NCBI GenBank assembly: GCA_963703285.1
Contig: OY969807.1
Coordinates: 896,001 to 960,000 of the forward strand
Direction: 5' to 3'
Source: an uncultured Nitrososphaerota archaeon
GTDB taxonomy: Archaea > Thermoproteota > Nitrososphaeria > Nitrososphaerales > Gagatemarchaeaceae
DNA: 64,000 nucleotides
Shown here in pieces: positions 28,906 to 38,590 of the stretch (the stretch's first letter is position 1; each line of letters starts with the position of its first letter). The notes beneath the pieces were generated by a model. It was not told the origin of the DNA. It ran no database searches and worked only from the letters and a program-made list of their open reading frames with translations. The position numbers and the translations under genes were made by a program.

Positions 28906-29523
28906 TTGCCGCGAACCGATGAGTACCTGGACGAGGTCGCCGAGATAGCAGAGAAGCTGGACAGGAGCTCGATAGACGGCGCGATCGGGATCCTGTACGA
29001 CGCCTGGAAGAACGACCGGCAGGTGTTCGTGATAGGCAACGGCGGAAGTGCCTCGACTAGTACACACTTTGCCTGCGACCTCAACAAGTGGGTTTCGGAC
29101 AAGGCAGAGAGGAAGTTCAGGGCGTTCTCTCTCGTCGACAACATTCCCCTCGTCAGCGCTCTCACGAACGACAACGGGTGGAGCGACGTCTACTACGAGC
29201 AGCTGCGCAACTTCTTCAGGAGGGGCGACGTCCTAGTCGCGATAAGCGTCCACGGCGGGTCCGGAAGCGATAAGGCGGGGCCGTGGTCCCAGAACCTCCT
29301 CAAGGCCGTAAAGTACGCCAAGGACAACGGGGGCAAGGTCATCGGGCTCTCGGGGTTTGACGGCGGCGTCCTGAAGACGGCTTCAGATGCCTGCATCGTG
29401 GTGCCAGCCGACTCGACGCCACACGTGGAAGGGATGCACCTCGTCCTTACGCACCTGATTTGCGAGCAGCTCAGGGATAAGATCTCGGTCGGCGGAGGAA
29501 GGCCAGCCACACCTGGCTACTGA
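28906..29523 (+). CDS. gmhA: SIS-domain phosphoheptose isomerase (GmhA-like)
   Basis: GNGGSA, ND.G, GFDGG, HVEGMH. Confidence 0.8.
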   Translation: MPRTDEYLDEVAEIAEKLDRSSIDGAIGILYDAWKNDRQVFVIGNGGSASTSTHFACDLNKWVSDKAERKFRAFSLVDNIPLVSALTNDNGWSDVYYEQLRNFFRRGDVLVAISVHGGSGSDKAGPWSQNLLKAVKYAKDNGGKVIGLSGFDGGVLKTASDACIVVPADSTPHVEGMHLVLTHLICEQLRDKISVGGGRPATPGY

Positions 29524-29620
29524 CGCGCCCTGGACCGGTGAGTGAGGATTGAGCCCCCGAGCCCGAATTCAGCAAGTCTTATAGTCGCGGGGTTGAAACC
29601 CGGGGCAGAAGTGTCCAGAG

Positions 29621-30298
29621 TTGGTGCTGATATTCCTAGATACGGCGTCGCTCACTGAGATAGAGGAGTTCACGAGATGGGGGATCGCCGACGGCGTGAC
29701 GACGAACCAGCGAATATTCCTCAACGAGGGGGGGGTGGACTTCAAGAAGCGCGTGCTCGACATCTGCAGCCTCGTCAACGGCCCGGTCAGCGTGGAGACG
29801 ACGAAGAGCACCGTCCCGGAGCTCATCGCCGAGGGGAAGGAGTACGCCTCGTGGCACGCCAACGTGGTGGTGAAGGTCGCGATGTTCGGGGACGGGAGGG
29901 GGCTCGAGGCTGCGAACCAGCTGGCGAGATCGGGCATCAAGATCAACATGACCGTCATGATGACGTTCAACCAGCTGATGCTGGCGGCCAAGGCGGGGGC
30001 CACCTACGTCTCGCTCTTCTACAACAGGTCGAAGGAGGCCGGCGAGAACCCGGTTCAGATAATCAGGGATTACGTCTCGGCGGCCAAGGAGCAGGGCATA
30101 CCTGCGAAGCTCATCGTCGGGAGCATCCGGACGCCGGAGGACGTGGCCACAGCGATGGCTGCGGGCGCTCACGTGATGACGATTCCGTCGAAGATTCTCA
30201 AACAGATGCCCTTCAACAAGAGGAGTGAGGAGACCATAGCGGAGTTCGACAAGGCCTGGCAGGACTTCCTCGCTGCCAGAGCGGCGAAGCCTTCCTAG
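29621..30298 (+). CDS. tal: Transaldolase (TalC/FSA family)
   Basis: IFLDTA, GVTTN, VVKV Schiff-base Lys, AGATYVS, GSIR. Confidence 0.88.
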   Translation: MVLIFLDTASLTEIEEFTRWGIADGVTTNQRIFLNEGGVDFKKRVLDICSLVNGPVSVETTKSTVPELIAEGKEYASWHANVVVKVAMFGDGRGLEAANQLARSGIKINMTVMMTFNQLMLAAKAGATYVSLFYNRSKEAGENPVQIIRDYVSAAKEQGIPAKLIVGSIRTPEDVATAMAAGAHVMTIPSKILKQMPFNKRSEETIAEFDKAWQDFLAARAAKPS

Positions 30299-30359
30299 GC
30301 CCCGGCACGTCCTCGCCGCTTCTGACTTCTTAATAGGACGAGGTGGGTGCCCCGAACCG

Positions 30360-31334
30360 ATGAGGAGGGCTCTGGTCACGGGCGGGCTGGGATTCATCGG
30401 GAGCCACCTGGTCGATCGGCTACTGCTGGACGGCTGGGAGGTCGTCGTGCTCGACAACCTCCTAACCGGGCGAAGGTCCAACCTCGCCCAGCACGCGGGC
30501 GACCCGAGGCTCCTCGTCAAGGAGGGCGACATCAGGGACCTCCCGACGGTCGTCGACGCGTCGTCGGGGTGCAGCGCGGTCTTCCACCTGGCGGCGCACG
30601 CCCTGATGCGCGTCAGCGTGAGCGACCACAGGGCCGACCTCGACTACAACGTCGTTGGGACTCTGAACGTGCTGGAGGGCATGGTCGCCAACAAGGTCCC
30701 CGACCTCGTCTTCGCCTCGACCTCGGCGCTCTACGGGGAGGCCGAGGTGGTGCCGACGCCCGAAGACTACTCCGGAATACAGACGTCCCTCTATGGAGCC
30801 GCGAAGCTCGCGGGGGAGGCGTACGCTTCCGCGTTCGTCCAGCTCGCCCCGATGAGGTTCTGGGCCTTCAGGTTCGGGACGGTTCTCGGGGAGAGGTGCA
30901 GGAGGGGAGCGATCTGGGACTTCGCGCACAAGCTGCTGAAGAACCCGTCCGAACTCGAGATACTGGGCGACGGAAGGCAGAGGAAGGACTACCTCTCGGT
31001 CGGCGATTGCGTCGACGGAATCGTCCTGGGATACGAGAGAAGCTCGAAGCCCGTCAACATCTTCAACCTCGGATTGCAGGAGCAGACGACGGTGGACCAG
31101 CTGGCCGACGTCGTCATCCAGGAGATGGGGCTGACCGGCGTCAGGAAGAGGTACAGCGGGGGGAAGAGGGGGTGGATCGGCGACAACCCCGTCGTCTACC
31201 TCTCGGTGGAGCGAATCAAGGCCCTCGGGTGGCAGCCCAAGGTGTCCCCCCTCGAGGCGATCAGGCAGACCGCCAGATGGACGATCGGGGAGATCGAGGG
31301 CGAGGGCAGGGCGGCCGTGAACGAGGAGGCCTAG
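30360..31334 (+). CDS. NAD-dependent epimerase/dehydratase
   Basis: TGGLGFIG, YGAAK, GDGRQRKDYL. Confidence 0.92.
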   Translation: MRRALVTGGLGFIGSHLVDRLLLDGWEVVVLDNLLTGRRSNLAQHAGDPRLLVKEGDIRDLPTVVDASSGCSAVFHLAAHALMRVSVSDHRADLDYNVVGTLNVLEGMVANKVPDLVFASTSALYGEAEVVPTPEDYSGIQTSLYGAAKLAGEAYASAFVQLAPMRFWAFRFGTVLGERCRRGAIWDFAHKLLKNPSELEILGDGRQRKDYLSVGDCVDGIVLGYERSSKPVNIFNLGLQEQTTVDQLADVVIQEMGLTGVRKRYSGGKRGWIGDNPVVYLSVERIKALGWQPKVSPLEAIRQTARWTIGEIEGEGRAAVNEEA

Positions 31335-31338
31335 GCAC

Positions 31339-32325
31339 CTGAGGGTAGCGATCACCGGGGGCGCCGGATTCCTCGGGAGCAACCTCGCCAGGCGCCTGGT
31401 GGACGACGGCCACGAGGTCTCGATCGTCGACGACCTGTCTTCGGGGTCCCTCGAGAACCTGCGGGGCCTCGGGCTGAGCGGGGAATGCCGCAGGGGGGAC
31501 CTGAAGGGATACGACTTCGCGAAAGAGTCGCTGAAGGGAGCCGAGGCGGTCTTCCACCTCGCAGCCGAGGTCGGCAGCGTGGCTTACCTTCATGGTTCCG
31601 AGGCCAGCGAGCTCGCGACCCTCCAGGCCAACCTGGTCATCGATGCCAACGTTTTCAGGTCCTGCCTCGAGAATGGCGTCGCGAGCGTGCTCTACGCCTC
31701 GAGCGTCTCGGTCTACCCCTTCGACCAGCAACTCGGCTCCCACGTTCGGTTCAAGGAGGAGGACTCGGAGCGGGTCAACCCCGAGGGAGGGTATGGTTGG
31801 TCCAAGTACATCGGAGAGAAGCAGTTGGAGTTCATGTCTGGCACCTCGCGCGGGATAGCGAGGATCTTCCACGCCTACGGTCGGAACATCTACCTCAAGC
31901 CAGACAGGAGCCAGGTCATAGCCTCGCTCGTCAGGAAGGCCGTCAGGTACCCGCAGGAGGACTTCCTGGTTTGGGGGGACGGGAGCCAGAGAAGGTGCTT
32001 CGTCTTCGTCGACGACGCGATCGACGCGATGGTCAGGCTCTGGCACCACGTCGAGAGAGGGGGGAGCCTCACGGTCAACGTCGGCTCGACGGAGGAGATC
32101 ACCGTCGGGGACCTTGCCCGCAGGGTGATAGAGCTCTCGAAGAAGCAGATCCCGCTCAGGTTCGACCCGAGCAAGCCCACGGGGGCGCTGAACAGGATGC
32201 CGGACATCGGGAGGGCCGAGCGTGTCCTCGGCTGGACACCCAAGACCGGCTTTGCGGATGGGCTCTCAGCGACCTACGGCTGGGCCGAAGAGAGGCTCGC
32301 CGAGGGCACCCGACCTGCCCAGTGA
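31339..32325 (+). CDS. NAD-dependent nucleotide-sugar epimerase (GDP-mannose 3,5-epimerase-like); probable CTG start
   Basis: LRVAITGGAGFLG lies upstream of the listed ORF start; YGWSK; VWGDGSQRRCF. Confidence 0.88.
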   Translation: MRVAITGGAGFLGSNLARRLVDDGHEVSIVDDLSSGSLENLRGLGLSGECRRGDLKGYDFAKESLKGAEAVFHLAAEVGSVAYLHGSEASELATLQANLVIDANVFRSCLENGVASVLYASSVSVYPFDQQLGSHVRFKEEDSERVNPEGGYGWSKYIGEKQLEFMSGTSRGIARIFHAYGRNIYLKPDRSQVIASLVRKAVRYPQEDFLVWGDGSQRRCFVFVDDAIDAMVRLWHHVERGGSLTVNVGSTEEITVGDLARRVIELSKKQIPLRFDPSKPTGALNRMPDIGRAERVLGWTPKTGFADGLSATYGWAEERLAEGTRPAQ

Positions 32326-32349
32326 CGACAATTCCGGCGGCGGGAGGGC

Positions 32350-33501
32350 CTAGGATTCCCGAAGGGCCGCGAAGAAGCAGGCCGGGTCCGAGGAGAGGGG
32401 ATTCCCGTAGGACGAGTAGGCGCGAGCCCTGCTGCCGCCGCAGACCTCCTTGAACTCGCAGACGCCGCACGGCCCGCGCAGCCTCCTTGCGCGAACGTCC
32501 CTTAGGAGCTCGCTCCCCCTGTAGACCTCCACGAGGCTGTCTCTCTTGACGTTCCCGATGTCGACCGGGACCAGACCACCCGGATGGATGCTGCCGTCGT
32601 AGGCGATGAAGATGATGCCGTCCCCGTCGAGCGTCCCTCGCGTGTTCAGGGTCGAGCGGTCGCCGGGTTCGCCCTCGGTGCGAAGAAGGTCGCCCCTGAG
32701 CTTCAGGTAGTCTGCGTTGTCCCAGTAGTCGCCGAGCCGGGACCTCAGCTTCACGACACGCCTTATGAAGGGCGCCTCCACGCACCTTACCACGACGCCG
32801 TAGTACGAGGCGTCAAAGAGGAAGTTGGAGACGCTCTCGCACTGCTCCGGGGTGAGGTCGTCGATCTCCGACCCCCTACCGACCCTGACCAGGAAGAAGA
32901 GCTCCCACGTCTTGACACCGAGGCCCCTTATCAGGTCGAAGATCCGGGGGAGCTCCCTGAAGTTCCTCCGCATGATGGCCGTGTTGATCTGGGGGTTCAG
33001 CCCCAGGCTCACAGCGTCCTTGATAGCCTGGACGGTCCTGTCGAAGGTTCCGGGCTCTCCCCTTATGGAATCGTGGGTCTCGGCCGAGGCCCCGTCGAGG
33101 CTGAGCGAGACGGAGGTCGCCCCGGCCTCCTTGATCCGCTTCAGGGTGTCGAAGGTGAGGAGCTCGGTGACCGCGGGTGAGAGCGCGAACCTCACGCCGG
33201 CCTTGGTCGCGTAGGAGAGGAGCTCGAAGAGGTCCTTCCTGAGCAGTGGGTCCCCCCCGGTGAAGATGATCGTCGGGCTGGGCCTGCCGAAGGACGCCAC
33301 CTGGTCGATGAGGCGGAAGCCCTCTTCCGTCGTGACCTCCCCCGGCAGGGGTTCCTTTATCGCCGAAGCCCGGCAGTGGACGCAGGAGAGCAGGCAAGCC
33401 CTCGTCGTCTCCCAGAAGACGAGGACCGGCTTCTCGGCGAAGAGCTTGTAGATCCTGTCTGTCTGGTTCACCGTCTGCTGGGATGTCTGACTAGTTTCCA
33501 T
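32350..33501 (-). CDS. Radical SAM/SPASM protein (AhbD/TIGR04053-like)
   Basis: WETTRACLLSCVHCRA, TGGDPL, CGVCEF..VCGGSRARAY..DPAC; last gene of the hem operon. Confidence 0.85.
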   Translation of the reverse strand: METSQTSQQTVNQTDRIYKLFAEKPVLVFWETTRACLLSCVHCRASAIKEPLPGEVTTEEGFRLIDQVASFGRPSPTIIFTGGDPLLRKDLFELLSYATKAGVRFALSPAVTELLTFDTLKRIKEAGATSVSLSLDGASAETHDSIRGEPGTFDRTVQAIKDAVSLGLNPQINTAIMRRNFRELPRIFDLIRGLGVKTWELFFLVRVGRGSEIDDLTPEQCESVSNFLFDASYYGVVVRCVEAPFIRRVVKLRSRLGDYWDNADYLKLRGDLLRTEGEPGDRSTLNTRGTLDGDGIIFIAYDGSIHPGGLVPVDIGNVKRDSLVEVYRGSELLRDVRARRLRGPCGVCEFKEVCGGSRARAYSSYGNPLSSDPACFFAALRES

Positions 33502-33507
33502 GTTCTT

Positions 33508-34410
33508 TCACCCAAATGATTTGCCGAGGACGATCGAGTGCAGGCAGTCCACGAGGTCGTCCGAGTCGTTGAGCGACTCGCACCTCTCGAGCTGGGCCCC
33601 CCTCTCCTTGGCCCAGCCCTTGCATTCGACGTCGATGTCGTAGAGAATCTCCAGATGGTCAGAGACGAACCCGACGGGCGCCATGAGGAAGCTTCTCTTT
33701 CCGCCGACGTAGAGCTCCTGAAGACGGTCGAGTATGTCTGGTCCGAGCCAGGGCTCCCTTGTCTGGCTGGCGCTCTGGAACGCGAAGGTCCACTCGCGAC
33801 GCCCCATCCTCTTCGCCGTCAGGTCGGAGGTCTCGAGGAGCTGGCTCCTGTACGGGTCGCCGGCGGCGAGGATGCTCGCGGGAAGACTGTGGGCCGAGAA
33901 GATGAGAGAGTAGGACACGGGCAGGTCGCTCTCCGCCTTTTGGATCCTTCGAGCCCACGCATCGATCAGCCTGGGCCTGTCGTGCCAGGAGAGGACGGAG
34001 GAGAGCTTCATCTTTTTCGGGAGCGCATCGTTGGCCAGTTCGACGGCGAGCGCGTAGGCTCCCGCGCTCATCTTCGAGTAGTGCGGGGCGAGGGCGATCG
34101 AGAGCAGATCGTCTGCCCCTTCGTCCGCAGCCCGCTTGACCACGTCAGCTATGAAGGGAGGGGAGTGCTTCATGGCCGCGTAGACCTTCGTATCCGACCC
34201 TCCGAGGCTGATTTTCCGCTGGAGTTTGTCCCTCACGCTCTCGGTGATCCCTATCAGGGGCGAGGTCCCTCCGATGGCCCTGTACCGCTCCACCAGGTTC
34301 GCCAGCTCGGCCTCCGATGGTTTCCGGCCGCCCCGTATGTGAGTGTAGTAGGCCTCGACATCATCGAGCGACCTCGGCGTGCCGTAGGCCATCAGGATGA
34401 CGGCCTTCAT
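33508..34410 (-). CDS. hemH: Ferrochelatase (coproporphyrin-type CpfC/HemH)
   Basis: MAYGTP, LAPHYS, FSAHSLP, GFVSDHLEILYDID. Confidence 0.93.
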   Translation of the reverse strand: MKAVILMAYGTPRSLDDVEAYYTHIRGGRKPSEAELANLVERYRAIGGTSPLIGITESVRDKLQRKISLGGSDTKVYAAMKHSPPFIADVVKRAADEGADDLLSIALAPHYSKMSAGAYALAVELANDALPKKMKLSSVLSWHDRPRLIDAWARRIQKAESDLPVSYSLIFSAHSLPASILAAGDPYRSQLLETSDLTAKRMGRREWTFAFQSASQTREPWLGPDILDRLQELYVGGKRSFLMAPVGFVSDHLEILYDIDVECKGWAKERGAQLERCESLNDSDDLVDCLHSIVLGKSFG

Positions 34411-35447
34411 CTCGCCGCACCCCCCGTCTTCTGATGGACGATGCTCACGATGGCCCGGAGGTTCTCCGGGTCCGTCTCCCGCCGGACACCGTGACCGAGG
34501 CTGAACACGTGACCCCTGTGGCCGTCGGCGCTCTCTAGTATCCTGGACACCCTCTTCATCATCTCGCTACCGCCGGCGACCGCCGCCGCCGGGTCGAGGT
34601 TTCCTTGGACCGCGGTCCTTCCGGAGCACCTCCTCCAGACATCACCTATGGGCAGCCTCCAATCCACGCTCAGGACGTCCGCGCCGGTGTCGTGGAAGCT
34701 CTCGATGAGCGCCGAGGAGTCCGCGCAGAAATGGATTCTCGGGACCCCGCTGATCCGGGAGAAGATCTCCCTGGTGTAGGGAAGGACGTACTGCCTATAG
34801 TCGTCCGGAGCGAGGCATCCGACCCAGCTGTCGAAGAGCTGGACCGCGTCCACCCCCAGTCGCACCTGAGCGTTGAGGTAGACGTCCACCATCCGCGTCA
34901 GCTTCCTCATCAGCGACCTCCAGGCATCCGGCCTGGTATACATCATCGACTTCGTTTTCTCCAGGTCCCGGCTCGGCCCGCCCTCGACGATGTAGGCCGC
35001 GAGGGTGAAAGGGGCGCCCGAGAAACCGATCAGCGGCACGGAGCCGTCCAGTTTGTCTATCGTCGACGTTATCCCTTCGGTGAGGTAGGGCATGTCCGTC
35101 GGGGGGTCGAGGGCGCCGAGCGCTTCCGCGTCTTCCAGCGTCGCAATCGGATGTGAGACGACGGGACCGACGTTCTCCTGAATCTTGAACTCCACCCCTA
35201 GGCCCTCCAGCGGCAGCATGATGTCGGCGAAGACTATCGCTGCATCAACGCCCAGCGCCGTCACCGCGCCGACGGCGGCCTCTGAGGCGAGCTCGGGGTC
35301 CTTCGCCAGGTCGACGATGCTCCTGGAGCCCTTGATCTTCCTGTAGCTCGGCAGGTATCTCCCGGCCTGTCTCATGAACCAGACAGGAGTGAACTCGCTC
35401 TCTCTGCAACGGCAAGCGTCGAGAAATGAGGCGTTCAGCGGCCTCAT
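34407..35447 (-). CDS. hemE: Uroporphyrinogen decarboxylase
   Basis: PVWFMRQAGRYLP, GAPFTLAAY, QLFDSW, QGNLDP, LGHG. Confidence 0.96.
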   Translation of the reverse strand: MRPLNASFLDACRCRESEFTPVWFMRQAGRYLPSYRKIKGSRSIVDLAKDPELASEAAVGAVTALGVDAAIVFADIMLPLEGLGVEFKIQENVGPVVSHPIATLEDAEALGALDPPTDMPYLTEGITSTIDKLDGSVPLIGFSGAPFTLAAYIVEGGPSRDLEKTKSMMYTRPDAWRSLMRKLTRMVDVYLNAQVRLGVDAVQLFDSWVGCLAPDDYRQYVLPYTREIFSRISGVPRIHFCADSSALIESFHDTGADVLSVDWRLPIGDVWRRCSGRTAVQGNLDPAAAVAGGSEMMKRVSRILESADGHRGHVFSLGHGVRRETDPENLRAIVSIVHQKTGGAAR

Positions 35448-36847
35448 CCGGAAGCCTCCCTGAAGGCCCGCCGCGCCGATGCGAGGGTCCGTTCGACGTC
35501 GACCTCAGAGTGGGCGGCGGAGAGGAAGATCGTCTCGAACGCCGAAGGAGGGAGGTAGACCCCCTCCTGTAGCATCATGTGGTGGAACCTCGCGTAGAGC
35601 TTGGACCTAGTGCTCTTCGCGTCATCGAAGTTGTGCACCGGGTTGGGGCCGAAAAATATCCCGACCATCGAACCTACTCTGTTGACAGTGATGGGGGTCC
35701 CTGCGGACTCCGCTGCTTCCTGCAGCCCTTCACCAAGGCGTCCCGCCCTCCGGTCCAGACGCCGGTAAGTCTCGGCGTCCAGGAGGGAGAGGGTGGCGAG
35801 GCCGGCGGCCATCGCGACGGGGTTGCCGGAGAGCGTCCCTGCCTGGTAGACGCCACCCTCGGGTGAGACCATGGCCATGATCTCTCGACGGGCACCGTAC
35901 GCGCCCACGGGGAAGCCTCCCCCGATGATCTTGCCGAGGCAGGTGATGTCGGGGACCGTCCCGAAGAGGGACTGAGCTCCCCCTGCAGCGACGCGGAACC
36001 CGGTTATCACCTCGTCGAATATCAGTAGCGACCCGTTGTCGGTGCAGAGCCTACGCAGCGTCTCGAGGAAACCGGGCAGAGGAGGGACGACACCCATGTT
36101 GCCGGCCACAGGTTCAACGATGGCGGCCGCGATCGCGCTTCCTCGCTCCCGGAAGGCGGCCTCGAGCGCCGCCGGATCGTTGAAGGGGATCGTTATCGTG
36201 TCGGCCCCGATGTATCCAGGGACGCCGGAAGAGGCGGGGAGGTCAAACGTAGCCAGGCCGGAGCCAGCGTGGGTCAGGAATGGGTCGGAGTGGCCGTGAT
36301 AGCATCCGTCGAACTTCAGGAGAGTCGTCCTGGACGTGTAGCCCCTGGCCAGACGGAGGGCCGACATGGTGGCCTCAGTCCCCGAGTTCACGAACCTCAC
36401 CTTCTCGATGGACGGGACGGAGGAGCAGATCTTCTTTGCAAGTCTCAGCTCGGGGACGCTGGGCGCCCCGTAGCTCGTCCCTCTCCTCGCGGTCTCCGTG
36501 ATGGCCTTCAGGATGCGCGGGTGAGAGTGCCCAAGGATCAGCGGGCCCCACGAGCAGACATAGTCGATGTAGGAGTTGCCGTCGACGTCCCACAGCTTCG
36601 AGCCCCGGCCTCGGGCGATGAACACGGGAGCCCCCCCGACCGCCTTGAAGGCCCTGACAGGACTGCTTACTCCCCCCACCATCACACGCTCGGCTTCCGC
36701 GTAGAGGGCTTCCGACTCCGTGGTCTTCAGTTCGGGCACCCGCACACGATTCCTACGGGCATCGTTGTGTCTGCGCCTGCGTTCCTCTAGAGCTGAAGCT
36801 TGCACCTGGGCGAACGCCCCCGAGCCGGTCGCCCTAGACTGCGCCAC
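35444..36847 (-). CDS. hemL: Glutamate-1-semialdehyde 2,1-aminomutase
   Basis: GGVSSPVRA, NSGTEATM, DEVITGFR, GKIIGGG, YQAGTLSGNP; start may be further downstream. Confidence 0.95.
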   Translation of the reverse strand: MAQSRATGSGAFAQVQASALEERRRRHNDARRNRVRVPELKTTESEALYAEAERVMVGGVSSPVRAFKAVGGAPVFIARGRGSKLWDVDGNSYIDYVCSWGPLILGHSHPRILKAITETARRGTSYGAPSVPELRLAKKICSSVPSIEKVRFVNSGTEATMSALRLARGYTSRTTLLKFDGCYHGHSDPFLTHAGSGLATFDLPASSGVPGYIGADTITIPFNDPAALEAAFRERGSAIAAAIVEPVAGNMGVVPPLPGFLETLRRLCTDNGSLLIFDEVITGFRVAAGGAQSLFGTVPDITCLGKIIGGGFPVGAYGARREIMAMVSPEGGVYQAGTLSGNPVAMAAGLATLSLLDAETYRRLDRRAGRLGEGLQEAAESAGTPITVNRVGSMVGIFFGPNPVHNFDDAKSTRSKLYARFHHMMLQEGVYLPPSAFETIFLSAAHSEVDVERTLASARRAFREASG

Positions 36848-37843
36848 CTAGGTCGCCTCCCTGAGCCACCCTGCGGCCTGCTCCGCGAAGTAGGTGATGA
36901 CGACGTCTGCACCCGCCCTCCTTATCGAGGTCAGGACCTCCATGGCCGCCCTTCTCTCGTCCAGCCATCCGTTCGCGCCGGCCGCCTTGATCATCGAGTA
37001 CTCTCCGCTCACGTTGTAAGCCGCCAGCGGCGCCCCGAAGCGGGACCTCGCCTTGGCGATGATGTCGAGATAGGCGAGCGCCGGTTTCACCATTATGATG
37101 TCTGCCCCTTCAGCCACGTCGGCCTCTATCTCCCTCAGGGCCTCCCTGGGGTTCGCTCCGTTCATCTGGTAGGCCCGCCGGTCCCCGAACGACGGCGTGG
37201 AGCCTGCCGCCTCTCGGAAGGGGCCGTAGAACGAAGAGGCGAACTTCGCAGAGTAGCCCATGACAAGCGTCCCGCGGTGGCCAGAATCGTCCAGAGCGGC
37301 CCTGATCGCCGCGACCTGATGGTCCATCATGGCGCTCGGCGCCACGATGTCCGCCCCCGCCCTCGCGTACTCCACGGCCGCCCTCGCCAGAAGGGGCAGG
37401 GTGGCGTCGTTGTCCACTTCGCCGTTGCTGACGAGGCCGCAGTGCCCGTGGGAGGTGTACTCGCAGAGGCAGACATCGGCAACGATGAGCATGGATGGGA
37501 ACGATTTCTTGATGCGTTCGACCGCCCGCGGTACTATGCCGTCCGGGGCATACGCCTGGCTCCCCGTCTCATCCTTCGACGCTGGTATCCCGAAGAGGAG
37601 GACCGAGCGGATTCCCGCATCCCAGAGGCGTGCCATGTAGGCGTCCAGGCGGTCCAGCGAGTAGCGATTCACGCCGGGCATCGCCTGGATGGGCTCCTCG
37701 ACGCCCTCTCCGTGACGCACGAACACGGGTGCGACGAGCCTGGAGGCGGTCAGGTCGGTCTCGCTCAGAAGCCGCCGAATGGTCTCCGTCGTCCTAAGCC
37801 GCCTGAGTCTAGTCCGCTGGTACTCACCGTCGATCATCGTCAC
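36848..37843 (-). CDS. hemB: Porphobilinogen synthase (Zn-type)
   Basis: DVCLCEYTSHGHCG, FYGPFREAA, MVKPAL, YNVSGEY; GTG start overlaps the ancestral hemD TGA. Confidence 0.95.
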   Translation of the reverse strand: MTMIDGEYQRTRLRRLRTTETIRRLLSETDLTASRLVAPVFVRHGEGVEEPIQAMPGVNRYSLDRLDAYMARLWDAGIRSVLLFGIPASKDETGSQAYAPDGIVPRAVERIKKSFPSMLIVADVCLCEYTSHGHCGLVSNGEVDNDATLPLLARAAVEYARAGADIVAPSAMMDHQVAAIRAALDDSGHRGTLVMGYSAKFASSFYGPFREAAGSTPSFGDRRAYQMNGANPREALREIEADVAEGADIIMVKPALAYLDIIAKARSRFGAPLAAYNVSGEYSMIKAAGANGWLDERRAAMEVLTSIRRAGADVVITYFAEQAAGWLREAT

Positions 37844-38590
37844 TCGGTTCCTATCGCTTCCAGAAGGGAATCGAAGGTCTGGACCTTCGGGAGGATGATT
37901 CGATTCGAATCCCCGCCGTCTCGCTGCCTTCGCCGTTACGGGGCCGATGCAGGCCGCGGGGAGGGATTTCAGCTCCTCTAGCTCCCCCGGCGTCATCCTC
38001 TCGCAGAACCCTTCCACGGAGGAGGGGCTAGCAAAGAGCACCAGGTCAGCACGGTCGGGAAGGGAGTAACTACCGCCACCGGAAGTCCTCGTCCTGTAGA
38101 TCGGGAACTCGGTCACTTCGAAGCCGCGGCTTCCTAGGGTCTTCGGCATCTCGGGGTCGGCGATGTCCGCCCGGAGCAGTAGGACCTTCTTCCCCGAGGT
38201 GAGGGGGAGCTCCTTCGCAAGGCTCTGTGTGAGGTAGCTCGATGGCGTGAAGACGTCGACAAACCCCAGCCTCGAGAGCGCACCGGCGGTCCCTTCGCCC
38301 ACCCCGGCCGTTCTGGGAGTCCCCTCCCAACGAATGCTGAGGGAGAGCGCTTTCATCCTCTCCGCGAAGAACTCCACGCCCGTCGCGGACGTGAATACCA
38401 ACCAGGAGTAGGAGGAGAGTTCCGCGAGGCTCCTGTCGGTCTCGGACCAATCCGTCGGGGGAAGGAACGATATGGTGTCGACGGACAGCGGGTTGAACCC
38501 CCGCTCCCGCAGTTTTACCGCGAGCTCGACGTTGCCTCTGTTAGAACGGGTGATCACAACGTTGCGGGCATGCTTCGTCTCCGCGGTCAA
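37840..38590 (-). CDS. hemD: Uroporphyrinogen-III synthase; a frameshift near 37906 reads it into hemB
   Basis: ITR, FTSATGV, FASPSSV, CIGPVTA; the native-looking C-terminus NRIILPKVQTFDSLLEAIGTE* is in another frame. Confidence 0.85.
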
